The notes under the pieces were generated by a model. The model did no database searches. It was not told the origin of the DNA and was given only the letters and a program-made list of their open reading frames with translations. Made by a program: the position numbers and the translations under genes. Shown here one piece after another: positions 17,276 to 27,600 of a DNA stretch of 61,555 nt (the stretch's first letter is position 1; each line of letters begins with the position of its first letter). Where the stretch lies: positions 1 through 61,555 of the forward strand of contig DATMOD010000029.1 of NCBI GenBank assembly GCA_035568355.1, read 5' to 3'. Source of the DNA: Patescibacteria group bacterium. Its GTDB lineage: Bacteria; Patescibacteriota; Saccharimonadia; Saccharimonadales; EFPC-124.

Positions 17276-18087
17276 TGGCTCCTTTCAGCTATAGCGTTAG
17301 CAAGGACTTCACCCATCAACCCTCGTTTATATCCGACAAAGTTCGGGAAAGGCATCTCGGGTCGCAACAATTGGAGGTTACGTTCTAGACTTCTCAGACA
17401 AAAATCCGATGCAAAATCGACGGGGGTTGAAGACCATTCTAGCCTACTAAACCTGTCATCTATATAGAGAAAACTCTCCTCGTTATCTTTGACTTTTCGA
17501 CCAGAGCCTTCCTGCGTTGTGAAGTCGCGCTCACAAAGTTCATCCTCCACCTCCTCAAAGTCATTCACACTCTCAGTCACAATGCCACGTGCGGCTAACT
17601 TATCACGGCCTTCCCCTATAGCTACACCACAGGCTAGAGCAGCTATTTTAACTCCTCGACTTTTCAACTTACTTTCCAGATAATCCACCATACTTCCAGA
17701 AAAAAGAACATCATCCACTAATAGGACTTCTCTACCCCCATACCTTTTGCCCAATACATCAAGCTGTTTAGACAAAGGAGGGAACCCTAGTCTAGAATCA
17801 TAACCCGCGTCAGACATATCAGGATTTGCAGCGCGCGATATACCTAGACAATAATCAGCTTCAGATGCGCTGATATATCGTTGGTCCAGGCTAACGATAG
17901 GAAGTTTTGTATTAGCAACTAATCCCCTCAGACCGCTGCGAATCGCTTCTGCACTAAGCCAGACAGTGTTTTGACCCATTTCGCGCAAGTCGCTATCAAG
18001 ACTTTCCCTAAATCTGTCTATTTTTACTGGATCAACCGTTCCATCCAACTCTAACTCTCCTGAAATAACATATGGTAACTCACTCAT
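17272..18087 (-). CDS. Phosphoribosyltransferase-domain protein
   Basis: EVLLVDDVLFSGSM is a type I PRPP-binding loop. The stop overlaps the start of the SLOG gene (ATGA-type overlap, 17272-17275). Confidence 0.7.
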   Translation of the reverse strand: MSELPYVISGELELDGTVDPVKIDRFRESLDSDLREMGQNTVWLSAEAIRSGLRGLVANTKLPIVSLDQRYISASEADYCLGISRAANPDMSDAGYDSRLGFPPLSKQLDVLGKRYGGREVLLVDDVLFSGSMVDYLESKLKSRGVKIAALACGVAIGEGRDKLAARGIVTESVNDFEEVEDELCERDFTTQEGSGRKVKDNEESFLYIDDRFSRLEWSSTPVDFASDFCLRSLERNLQLLRPEMPFPNFVGYKRGLMGEVLANAIAERSQ

Positions 18088-18123
18088 AAAAACTCCGCAT
18101 CTATCTTTAAAAATATTTTGAGC

Positions 18124-18151
18124 ACAAAAAACGCCAGCGTCGTGCTGGCGT
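18124..18151 (-). terminator. Rho-independent terminator after the TrpR-like gene
   Basis: On the minus strand the hairpin is ACGCCAGC-acgac-GCTGGCGT, followed by TTTTTTG. Confidence 0.7.
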
Positions 18152-18173
18152 AAATACTTTTATAAAAAACTAA

Positions 18174-18539
18174 TTATTCAGCACGGGCTGGCGGAATATG
18201 AGTATGATGCGCATTAACAATTTTAAGAGCAGCTTCATAACCACCACGACCGTTTTGCATCCAATCACTAATACGAGCAATAGTACGACTACTAAGCTTG
18301 GTCTTTTCTATAATTTCTGTGTACTTTTTACCCTGCTGTAACATTTTGGCAGCCTCAAAACGTGAGCTAATCTCGATAATTTCTTTTTTGGTCATCACAT
18401 CACACAAGAAATTTTGCATAGTTTGTGCGTCGCCAATATCAACAATAGTTTCGGCGAGTTGCCGAGCCGAAGCTATCTTCCAGACTGAATCAACAGGTTG
18501 CATGCGCTTTACTTTATCAAAGTAAAGCGGGATTGTCAA
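18174..18539 (-). CDS. TrpR-like (YerC/YecD family) DNA-binding protein
   Basis: The sequence reads EIIEISSRFEAAKMLQQGKKYTEIIEKTKLSSRTIARIS. Confidence 0.7.
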   Translation of the reverse strand: MTIPLYFDKVKRMQPVDSVWKIASARQLAETIVDIGDAQTMQNFLCDVMTKKEIIEISSRFEAAKMLQQGKKYTEIIEKTKLSSRTIARISDWMQNGRGGYEAALKIVNAHHTHIPPARAE

Positions 18540-18585
18540 CGGAGGGAATATCGAACTAGGTACAATAGCGACAGTACAAGCAGAG

Positions 18586-18990
18586 CTAGATGGACGGCTC
18601 GTTTTTAGAATCTAGCCCCAGATGGTACTTGATTCTAGCAATTACGTCTCCGATCACAACTTGCGATTTCACAATATAATCATCTGCACCTAATTTCATA
18701 GCGCGATCTCTGTCTTTAGGTTGGCTAAGAGCGGTCAGCATGATAATTCGCACATTCATAGTCTCGGGTGTATTGCGCAGAATATCTAACACATCAAAAC
18801 CCGTAATCTTAGGCATCATAGCATCCAACAACACTAGATCCGGCCTGAACTCTGTAGCTGCTGATAGAGCATCCTCCCCATTTGTGACTAAACGGGTTTC
18901 AAAACCTTCCATCGCCAGCCGCGCCGTATAGACATTGGCCAGCGCTGCATCATCTTCTACTAAAAGGATCTTTTTTTTGTCGTCGCTCAT
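18586..18990 (-). CDS. Stand-alone response-regulator receiver protein
   Basis: KILLVEDDAAL...VLLDAMMP is receiver-like. I prefer the internal ATG (MSDDKKK) over the ORF-track start at 19026. Confidence 0.85.
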   Translation of the reverse strand: MSDDKKKILLVEDDAALANVYTARLAMEGFETRLVTNGEDALSAATEFRPDLVLLDAMMPKITGFDVLDILRNTPETMNVRIIMLTALSQPKDRDRAMKLGADDYIVKSQVVIGDVIARIKYHLGLDSKNEPSI

Positions 18991-19026
18991 AGGTATTAGT
19001 GTACTGGAAACTACAACCTGAAACAA

Positions 19027-20280
19027 CTAATGGTTTCTTAAAATTTCAAGCGCTTTATCTTTTTGAGCATCGTGATGATTTTTAATATCATCATCACTTA
19101 GCTTTACATCAACATCTGGCTGAATGCCCTCTTTAGATATATTCTTGCCGTTTGGCGTGAACCATTTTGCAATCGTGACCTTTAAGTCGCCCCCACTTGG
19201 TACGGTGGCAACATCTTGTACGCTACCTTTACCGAACGTTTTTTGGCCGACAAGCGTTGCGGCTTTGTTGTCGTGCAGTGCACCGGCCACGATTTCACTT
19301 GCACTAGCACTAGACGAATCCACCAACACCACCGTTGGGATGCCCTCAAGCTGAGGATTGTCGCCGGCATACATCGTATCTGTCACCTTGGACCCGCGGC
19401 GCTGTTCGACAATAACTTTTTTACGGAGCCATAGGCTGGCAACATCTTTAGCGGCTGATATATAGCCACCACCATCGCCCCTTAAGTCTAGAACCACTCC
19501 ACGGACCTTCTTGGCTTTAAAATCATCAGCCGCTTTGACAGCCAAGCCAGATGTATCATTGGCAAAACGTGATATACGCATATAGCCTATGTTATCGTCT
19601 GTGATCTCTGCCTTAACACTCGGATTGGTTAATACGTCACGCACGATAGAGAATTCTTTAAGATCTTGGCCGCGAGCTATCGCCAATTTAACGGTAGTGT
19701 CTTTCTCTCCTCTGACTAACGAAACAACTTTTTCTACAGACCAGCCACTGGCATCTTGATCATCAACTTTTAAGATCACATCGCTAGGCAGTAGACCAGC
19801 TTTTCTGGCTGGTGAATCATCCAGCGTGGAGACTACCACAATATGATTATTGCGCTGGTCTAATTCGGCGCCAATGCCAGAGAATTTACCATCAAGATCG
19901 CTTAAAAACTGTTTAGCTTCAGCGTCTGTAAAGAATGTTGTATAAGGATCTCCGGCTGCGGCGACCATACCCTTTTTGGCGCCGTCGACCAGCTTACTAG
20001 CATCGAGTTTGCCATCGTATTTAGATCGCATCATGTCAAATACATCCTGGACTGATGATAGGTCTAACTGTGATGATAATTGTTTGTTCTGGCTATCAGA
20101 AAACAAAAAAGACAGGTTGCTTGATCTCGTTCCTAATACAAAGGCCGATAATGATACCACCGCTGTCACAATCAGCAAAGTCCCAAACCCAACTTGCCGT
20201 TTTTTAAACACTTGCCTACCACCTATATTCACGCTCGCTCCTAGCTTTTTTAGATACAATCTATCAACCAATGCTACCAT
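19027..20280 (-). CDS. S41 family C-terminal processing peptidase with a PDZ domain
   Basis: It has an N-terminal transmembrane helix, a PDZ domain, and the catalytic region SASASEIVAGAL...TFGKGSVQ. Confidence 0.9.
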   Translation of the reverse strand: MVALVDRLYLKKLGASVNIGGRQVFKKRQVGFGTLLIVTAVVSLSAFVLGTRSSNLSFLFSDSQNKQLSSQLDLSSVQDVFDMMRSKYDGKLDASKLVDGAKKGMVAAAGDPYTTFFTDAEAKQFLSDLDGKFSGIGAELDQRNNHIVVVSTLDDSPARKAGLLPSDVILKVDDQDASGWSVEKVVSLVRGEKDTTVKLAIARGQDLKEFSIVRDVLTNPSVKAEITDDNIGYMRISRFANDTSGLAVKAADDFKAKKVRGVVLDLRGDGGGYISAAKDVASLWLRKKVIVEQRRGSKVTDTMYAGDNPQLEGIPTVVLVDSSSASASEIVAGALHDNKAATLVGQKTFGKGSVQDVATVPSGGDLKVTIAKWFTPNGKNISKEGIQPDVDVKLSDDDIKNHHDAQKDKALEILRNH

Positions 20281-20346
20281 TATAGCAGTCTAAAATAAAA
20301 ATTATTTGGTTCATATCTATAACATAATTAGGGCCTTTAGATCTCT

Positions 20347-21447
20347 CTAGAAATGGATAAATCTTAAGCCTTGGGCTTGCAAAGTCCCGCTTGATATCAT
20401 GCGCTGGCTATAACGCCCACTCCAGTCATAATTGTACTCGCTGATAATTATGGATCCGTCGCCATTTACCGACTCAACATACATAGCATGCCCATAATAA
20501 CCGGCCATCCAAATAGCCACATCGCCAGCTTTTGGAACATTGCTAACTGGTATGCCAGCCGCTTGCGCATTACTCGGCCATTGGTTAGCGTTACCAACTC
20601 CACCCCAGTAAGGCATATGTCGGCCGGATGCCGCTACTCTAAAGGCGGCATAAGATACGCACTCGCGATTATACATGCCCCAATCATCAGCCGTACTATC
20701 CATTGCTAGATCTGCCCAGAACGAAGGATAGCCACCACCCCGCGCCTGGAAGTTAACATGACCACCACTCCACTTAAGATTGGCTGCTGCTTGTTCTGCG
20801 CGCAATTTGGTAATGTTATCATTCTGCTGTTTAATGACTTGCTGATAATTTGCCTCTTGCCCCTGTGTATCGGCAATAAGTTTGTTTTTTTGCTGTTCTT
20901 GGGTAATAAGCTGGCTTTGCATGTTAGTTTGGTCACCTAGAGTACGTGTTGTCTCAACCTTTTGCGCATCAAGCTGTTCTTTAAGCTGCTTAACAGATTT
21001 CAGTGATTCTTGTATCTGGTTATTCAGCACATCCCTATACTGTTGCTTATCTACAAAATCGCTAATACTCTTACTAGAAGCTACCATCTCTAGCGGAGTT
21101 ATAGTGCTTTCTAGATAAGCCGAGCGCAAATTTGTAGCCAAGGCGTCTTTTTGGTTGTCTATCTTTTGCTGGTTGTCTGCTATTGATTGGCTTAGCTGGT
21201 CTAGTTTAAATTGAGTACCAGAAATCTGTGCTCTAACTTCGGCTTGTTGCGCATTGATAATACCAACTTGATTTATTAGTGTATCCGCTTGATTGTGTAG
21301 ATCAGCAGCTTGATTTTGATATTGTGTTACCTGGCTCTTAATAGCATTGATCTGGTCATCAAAATGGTCAGCATAGGCAACAGTAGCTGGATAAACCAGC
21401 CAGACCAACACTACCCCGATTAGTTTTGTCTTTTTTAGTATTTGCAT
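20347..21447 (-). CDS. Secreted coiled-coil plus CHAP-domain peptidoglycan hydrolase (PcsB-like)
   Basis: It has a signal peptide and a Q-rich coiled coil of about 200 aa. The C-terminal CHAP region contains NRECVSYAAFRV and GHAMYVESV. Confidence 0.85.
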   Translation of the reverse strand: MQILKKTKLIGVVLVWLVYPATVAYADHFDDQINAIKSQVTQYQNQAADLHNQADTLINQVGIINAQQAEVRAQISGTQFKLDQLSQSIADNQQKIDNQKDALATNLRSAYLESTITPLEMVASSKSISDFVDKQQYRDVLNNQIQESLKSVKQLKEQLDAQKVETTRTLGDQTNMQSQLITQEQQKNKLIADTQGQEANYQQVIKQQNDNITKLRAEQAAANLKWSGGHVNFQARGGGYPSFWADLAMDSTADDWGMYNRECVSYAAFRVAASGRHMPYWGGVGNANQWPSNAQAAGIPVSNVPKAGDVAIWMAGYYGHAMYVESVNGDGSIIISEYNYDWSGRYSQRMISSGTLQAQGLRFIHF

Positions 21448-21561
21448 TTTGGATGTACCCTTAGTATCATCTTGAACTTTAAAGCTCGATCTGTCAATAT
21501 GCTTACGCTGCCTTGAGCTACTCTGCTATACTCACAGATATATTAAAGGGCTATTTGAGCT

Positions 21562-21969
21562 ATGGACTTACAAGTTGGGGTAAAGGCACTCATTAGAAAT
21601 AATGCTGGTGAATATCTTTTTATTCGACGCAAAAAACTTATGGCAGGCGATAATCAGCTTCGTTGGGACATACCTGGTGGCCGAATTGAACCCGAGGAGA
21701 CATTGGTTGAGGCGCTGCGCAGAGAGATTGCAGAAGAAACAGATCTTGAGCTTACAAAGATTATTGAGCTGCTAGATGCCCAAGACATTATTATTCCTAA
21801 ATCACAGCTGCATGTTGTGCGCCTAACCTACCAAGTTGAAGTAGGCAAAGAATTACGTCTAGGAGACGAACATACTGACCATAGATGGGTATCACTCATG
21901 AAATCTACAGACCTATTTGTTGACGCTCAGTTGCATCAAGTACTAACAACGCTACAGAAAACCAACTAA
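21562..21969 (+). CDS. NUDIX hydrolase
   Basis: GGRIEPEETLVEALRREIAEETDL is a Nudix box. Confidence 0.85.
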   Translation: MDLQVGVKALIRNNAGEYLFIRRKKLMAGDNQLRWDIPGGRIEPEETLVEALRREIAEETDLELTKIIELLDAQDIIIPKSQLHVVRLTYQVEVGKELRLGDEHTDHRWVSLMKSTDLFVDAQLHQVLTTLQKTN

Positions 21970-22071
21970 CTACGCGGTATCCCTTCTCTGGTATTCATAA
22001 CATGGTGGGCATTTAGAGAGTATAGATAAGTAGCAAACTTACTCGCGCTGACCAAGAGGTCTAAAGAATAA

Positions 22072-22512
22072 TTATCTGCCAATCGCTTTTAATAGGTCTT
22101 TAGAAAAAGCTTCGGGCTCCTCCACTTCTATGACAATCTCATTATATTTCTCATCTTCCAAAGAAATGACAACAACTTTTTTTGGGCGATAAAAATCATA
22201 GAAAACTCGTTTGCCTTTGTGATAAAAAGTGCCAGCCTTAACAATAAACGGTATATCGGTGCCAAAGCTCCTAAAGCCATGCCACCAACGCTGCGGTATG
22301 ACAGAGTCAGCCCTCACATTGGTTATATGATTCAACGGTATCTCAAGCCGACTTCTCAAGGCCAGCACCTTATCAAATCCCAAGATCTCGAGCTGCAATT
22401 TATCTGAAGTTATAGTCGGCTGAACCATGCTCTGATTGTACCAGACAGTGAGGTGACAAGTGCAATCACTTCGCACTCTTGCATCTATCTCAAACATATG
22501 TTTTAATAACAA
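22072..22512 (-). CDS. Hypothetical protein; the start is uncertain and the real start is probably the internal MVQPTITS at 22428
   Basis: The ORF is present, but the first 28 codons have no Shine-Dalgarno and abut the GC-rich element. Confidence 0.5.
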   Translation of the reverse strand: MLLKHMFEIDARVRSDCTCHLTVWYNQSMVQPTITSDKLQLEILGFDKVLALRSRLEIPLNHITNVRADSVIPQRWWHGFRSFGTDIPFIVKAGTFYHKGKRVFYDFYRPKKVVVISLEDEKYNEIVIEVEEPEAFSKDLLKAIGR

Positions 22513-22524
22513 TTATTCTGCGCC

Positions 22525-22850
22525 GTCTCCCACACAGGGAAGCGGGTGGATAGAGGAACGGAGCACGACATGGCAAGGCGTAAGAAGCTGCAGCAGCAAT
22601 CCACGAGCGTGGCCACCCCGGCAGCCCCGCCCGCAGCTAGGTATAGCTGCGGACACACCGCCGACATCACCACCGCAGGTGGTGTGTGCCAGCAAAAAGA
22701 TGGCGGGGCCCGCTGGCTCAGCTGTGGAGGCATAAGAATCGTGTCGTCTTAGCTCTCCACCTCCCCCCGGCCACGCATCGCGCGCGGTCGGGGGCTCAAC
22801 CAAAGTTCAGGAATCAAACTGCATAAGAGATTCGAGGATTTTGGTTGAGA
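22525..22850. ncRNA. Candidate structured RNA of unknown family, or a foreign GC-rich fragment
   Basis: I counted 170 G+C in the 260 nt of 22541-22800. All six frames are open but none looks protein-like. Nested hairpins lie at 22632-22651, 22668-22684 and 22764-22794. The long-range pairs are 22625-22631/22702-22708 and 22795-22804/22840-22849. Confidence 0.35.
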
Positions 22851-22910
22851 TAGAGAAGTTAGAGGAAAACCAAAAGTTGCTTTGGATCAATAATAGGTGT
22901 GTAAATCAAG

Positions 22911-23837
22911 TCAAAGCTTTAAATACCGCCTCATAGCTAGAAGCGAAGAGATTATACCTATAGCTATCCCGACTGCAATTTGACCTAGTACTATAAGTAC
23001 TGGCCATTGACGCATAAAATGAATCGTCCCACCAATTTCTATGCCTTGGCTAGCTATATAATCTGCCTTGGTCAGCAATAAAGCGTAGACAAATGTTATA
23101 GAAACAATCGCCGACAACACTCCGTAAAGCGAGGCTTCCACAATGAACGGCCCGCGTATAAAGTATTTTTCGGCGCCGATTAATCTCATAATCTCTATCT
23201 CATCTTTGCGATTAAAAATTGCCATACGGATGGTATTAAAAATAATCAATACCGATATAATCACAAATATCACTGCCGATATCACACCGGCCGACTCTAA
23301 GAACTGCGTCACATCAGCAATTCGCTTGACAGCCTGCTTTTGTGACTCAGAATTTGATGATTGTTGCCCAAGCAGATCTTTATTTTGATCACTACTAATA
23401 ACTTTATTCAAATCATCAATTTTATTAGGATCTTTTACTTTAATTTTAAGTGAAGCCGGCAACGGATTACTGCTCAATTGGGTCAACGCCTCTAAACGGG
23501 TTAGCTCCGTTTTATTTTGCTGCTGAAAGATAAGGCTAGCCTGGTCTTTTGAAATATACTCTACTGATGTAACAATTGGTACCTTTTTGATTTGGGTGAT
23601 AAAACGTTGAAGATCTTCTTCGGCTATGCCGTCTTTTAGATAGACTGATACATCAATCTTTTGGCGTACTTGTTGAATAGTGTCATTAAACACCATCCGC
23701 GCCAAAAGCGTGCTCGCTATAATTACGAGGGTAATCGTCATTACAGCTGCAGCGGCCGTCGTTAACCAAGCGTTACGCGAAAGATTTCGCACGCCATATT
23801 GCAGAATTCTCAAGAAGGTTGTCCATTGTCTACGCAT
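22911..23837 (-). CDS. ftsX: Cell division permease FtsX
   Basis: It has 4 transmembrane helices and a large first extracellular loop, and lies immediately after ftsE. Confidence 0.9.
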   Translation of the reverse strand: MRRQWTTFLRILQYGVRNLSRNAWLTTAAAAVMTITLVIIASTLLARMVFNDTIQQVRQKIDVSVYLKDGIAEEDLQRFITQIKKVPIVTSVEYISKDQASLIFQQQNKTELTRLEALTQLSSNPLPASLKIKVKDPNKIDDLNKVISSDQNKDLLGQQSSNSESQKQAVKRIADVTQFLESAGVISAVIFVIISVLIIFNTIRMAIFNRKDEIEIMRLIGAEKYFIRGPFIVEASLYGVLSAIVSITFVYALLLTKADYIASQGIEIGGTIHFMRQWPVLIVLGQIAVGIAIGIISSLLAMRRYLKL

Positions 23838-23858
23838 TTTTAAAATCCCATCCTGGCA

Positions 23859-24545
23859 CTAGCCTTGCTTATAGCCACCCTGGGCTACATCAGCTATAAC
23901 TTTGCCATGATCGATTGTTATAACTCGGCGTTTTAACTTATTAACAATGTCTTGATTGTGAGTAGTAAGTAACACTGTCGTGCCATATCGATTGATTTTT
24001 TCTAGCAAGCGCACAATATCCCAAGAGTGCTTAGGATCGAGATTACCAGTCGGCTCATCAGCAATCAATATTTTGGGTTGGCGCACCACAGCCCTGGCAA
24101 TCGCCACTCGTTGTCGCTCACCACCCGATAGTTCATCAGGGAACTGTTTTTCTTTACCTTTTAAACCAACTAGATCTATGACTTTAGGCACAGTGTGGTT
24201 GATCTCGCGATTGGTCATACCTACAATCTCTAGCGCAAAGGCGATGTTTTCGAACACATTACGCTGAGGCAATAGTTTAAAATCTTGGAATACTGTACCG
24301 ATTTTACGACGCAGTAACGGCACGCTCTTGTCTTTTAGTTCATCGTAATCGATACCACCAACAATAATCTTGCCACTAGTAGGCCGTTCTTCGCGCGTTA
24401 AAATTTTTAGCAACGTCGACTTACCTGCCCCACTCGTGCCAACCAGAATAACAAACTCTTTAGGGTCTATATGCAGGCTGACTCGATTCAGTGCTGGTTT
24501 GCTATCTTTGCCATAAAGCTTGGTCACACGGTCTAAAAGAATCAT
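23859..24545 (-). CDS. ftsE: Cell division ATP-binding protein FtsE
   Basis: It has Walker A GTSGAGKST, signature LSGGERQR and Walker B ILIADEPT. I moved the start to the ATG at 24545 (MILLDRV). Confidence 0.9.
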   Translation of the reverse strand: MILLDRVTKLYGKDSKPALNRVSLHIDPKEFVILVGTSGAGKSTLLKILTREERPTSGKIIVGGIDYDELKDKSVPLLRRKIGTVFQDFKLLPQRNVFENIAFALEIVGMTNREINHTVPKVIDLVGLKGKEKQFPDELSGGERQRVAIARAVVRQPKILIADEPTGNLDPKHSWDIVRLLEKINRYGTTVLLTTHNQDIVNKLKRRVITIDHGKVIADVAQGGYKQG

Positions 24546-24655
24546 CGCTCTTAATTGTAGCACAAGCAAGATGATGCTTCTCGATAAATGGCTTACATAC
24601 ATTACATTTGCCACTATGTAAAGCTGCCATCTCAGGCAAAGCTATCAAATGAACT

Positions 24656-27600
24656 TTATCTTTGCAGTATTTCTATAGCTGTCAGGTTCCATCGATCGTT
24701 AGTGGGCGCCGTGTCATTAATCGTCACTACCGTGCCAGAAGCCGGCGTAATGTTAGTTTGGCGTTGTGCCCAATAGGTATCACCAGATGAAGCCAAAAAC
24801 TCATCAACCTTGGTCTGGTTAGTACCAACAGTTCGAGCGGTTGCTGAATCCCAGTCGTTACCAACACCCCATACCCACGAGTTAGCAGCTGTGGTGGTAA
24901 GTGAAACGCTAGGTGCGCCCGTAGATGCATTAGCACTGGCTACCGCACCATCGACAGCCGTATTAGCGTTAAGGAAAGCTACCACATTGATTGAGCCGAT
25001 AAACGAGCCGCTATTTCTAGTAGCTACAGTGGCTATGCTAGTACCAGCTGTTGGAGCAACTGCTGTCCAGATCTCAGAAGTACCAGCTTGGGTGTTGGTA
25101 CGTTGTCGCAACTTCCAGGTCAGGCCGCCCCCACTAACGGATGCGAAGTTAATGGTGCCCGGGTTTGGGCCATCTGAGTTAATAAATGCTACCAGCAGTT
25201 CATTAGCTGCCGCCGTAGTCAAACTCGGGGCATTAATAGTATTGCTTGCAGTTGTTTGATGGAAGCTGACTGCTTTATCAACTGCCAGTGCTGCAGAAGC
25301 AGCTGGGGTTGTAACTGCCGCCGAATTAGACGCTGGGCTGACATTACCAGCCGCATCACGAGCTGTAACCGTATAGCTATAGCTTGTGCTGGCGACTACG
25401 GTGTTGTCTGTGTATGTAGTGCTGGTTCCGGCTGTTGTGCCAACAGTCACGCCGTTGCGGAGTACAGTGTATCCAGTCACACCAACATTGTCGGTTGAAG
25501 CTGCCCAGCTTAGAGAAACTGAACTTGAGCTGGTAGCGCTGGCTGTTAGGTTAGCTGGTGCTGTTGGCGGGGTGGTATCGGCAGTAACGACCACGCTAGT
25601 TTCGTTAGAGGATGAGCTAATATTGCCGGCAGTATCTTGAGCTTGAACCTTGTAATAATAGGTACCAGCTGCTAAACCACTGTCAGTAAAACTAGTAGTA
25701 GCACTGGTGCCAATCTGGTTAGACGCGCCAGGAGTAAATCCGGTAGTAGTAGAGCGATAAACAACATAGTTTGCTATTCCTGCACTACTAGTCGATGCAG
25801 TCCAGCTGAGAGTTGCCTTGCCGATACTTCCTGTCCCTGTTAAGTTAGCTGGTGCTGTTGGCGGGGTGGTAGATTCGTAAGCAGCTGGAAACCGAACCAT
25901 CGAAGCGACCGATGGCACGCCATTACTATTAACAATAAATAGCATGTAGTATCCGGGAGGAGCCGTATTGCTGTTTGGGGGCATCTGAATGTTTAAGCCA
26001 CCCGCAGTTTGGGTAAAGCTGAGTGGTACAGCTCGACCGTTTTGATCAAACGAATGAGTTGTTGACCCAGTACGAATCAGAGTCACCTTGCTGATACTCG
26101 CACCATCTGGCGTGCCAACAAAGGTATTTGACCCATAAGCTACCGTACTAGGTGCTGAACTGATGGTTGGTCGTGCCCCCTTAAAAAGATACGATGGGGA
26201 GTAAATCTGGTAACTTTTTTGGTCTGGTACACCGGCGTCACCACCGCTTCCAGATTCAAATATACGACCGTCGGGCATAAGAAGAGCGGTTGAATGATAC
26301 AAGCGAGCCACACTCATGCTGGCGAGAGTTGACCAACTACCGCTACTTGGGTTCCAAAGCTCAGCCTGTAGGACACCGTTGGCATTGCTCGAACCAGTCT
26401 TAGTTGTATCGCCACCCGTAGCCAGCACCGTGCCATCTGGCAAATTTACAAGATTCACAAAACTACGCGGGAAAGCCATGCTGCCAGTTGGTTGCCAAGT
26501 TGGGTTGGGTTTACTCATATCTAATGTGAAAGCTGTGTTGCTTGAAGCGCCAGTGTTGCCGCTATCAGCAGCCGAACCAGCCTTCATAAACAGATTAGGG
26601 GCATAATTGGCAATGCTGGCACCATCAATTATGCGAGCGTCAATTGTGCTCCACTGCTGGGTAGTAAGATCGAGCACTTTTGTTGAGGTGGCGACTTCGG
26701 ATGCACCAGCTTGTAGAACCCGCCCGTCTGGTAACTGATACATAAATGGATAGACTGGTATTGACTGAGTAGCGCTAGTAGCCATGTCAGTCCATGTATT
26801 GTTCTGGACATTATATATCTCTGGGATAGTAACCAGATCATTTATGGCCGTGTTGTAGCCAGAGGTTGCCATTACTCTACCATCACCTAGTGTAGTGCCC
26901 GTAGCGTACCAACGAGGATGGTGCATTGGCGCAAGACTTTGCCAGGTTTCGGTAGTTGGATTAAAGGCAGTTACAGCAGTAGTGCCAAGGCCGCCACTAG
27001 TTGAGGTTCCGCCGATAACCAATATGCGACCATCAGCAGTTACTGCTTGCCCAGCACAGAAAAGATCGGCTGCAGCATTCGGTACTTGATTGATACTATC
27101 ATTAGTCGGATTGTAGAGATATTGTTGCCCACCTTGCGAAAAGTCTCCCTGCATTGTTAGGATTTTGCCAGTAGGCGTTAAGGCAGCGTGAATCGAAACC
27201 TCTGGGTAAGTAACCACTGGACCCCACTGTCCAATCAACGACGCATTTGAACCGGCATTAGAAACAGTCACGCTTACACCACTGGTAGTTGCAGTACCGC
27301 CAGCTGCATTTCGGGCACGCGCTGATAAAACGTGACTACCATTTACGGTTTGGGTGGTATCCCAGTTTATATTGTAAGGCGCTGTCGTAATCTCGGCTCC
27401 CAGGTTTGCACCGTCGAGCAAGAATTGTACGCCAACAACTCCCACGCTATCGCTAGCAGTGGCGCTAACGACCACACTATTCGAAACTGTGGCTCCACTA
27501 CTAGGCGCTGTCATCTGAACAGTTGGTGGAGTAACGTTAGTGGTTGCTGGTAGAATTTCTATAAGCGACAGGTTCCATCGGTCGTTGATAGGTGCAGTGT

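Noticed and set aside
22513-22803. Four overlapping 68-96-aa ORFs on both strands (22460..22735, 22503..22733, 22513..22803, 22546..22752)
   Set aside because: They exist only because the GC-rich segment lacks stop codons. The translations are Ala/Gly/Pro/Arg/Cys runs with no Shine-Dalgarno and no protein-like pattern. I treat the segment as non-coding.
22525-22850. Assignment of the GC-rich element to RNase P RNA, tmRNA, SRP RNA or a cobalamin riboswitch
   Set aside because: I found no GGAAAGUCC P4 strand and no ACAGAA..CCGGCUUA partner. There is no GGUUCGA T-arm or CCACCA end and no tag ORF ending in a stop. The GGAAGCAGC SRP motif and the GCCACUG B12 box are absent. The AGGGAAGCGGGUGG string at 22535 resembles the cobalamin-riboswitch start only superficially.
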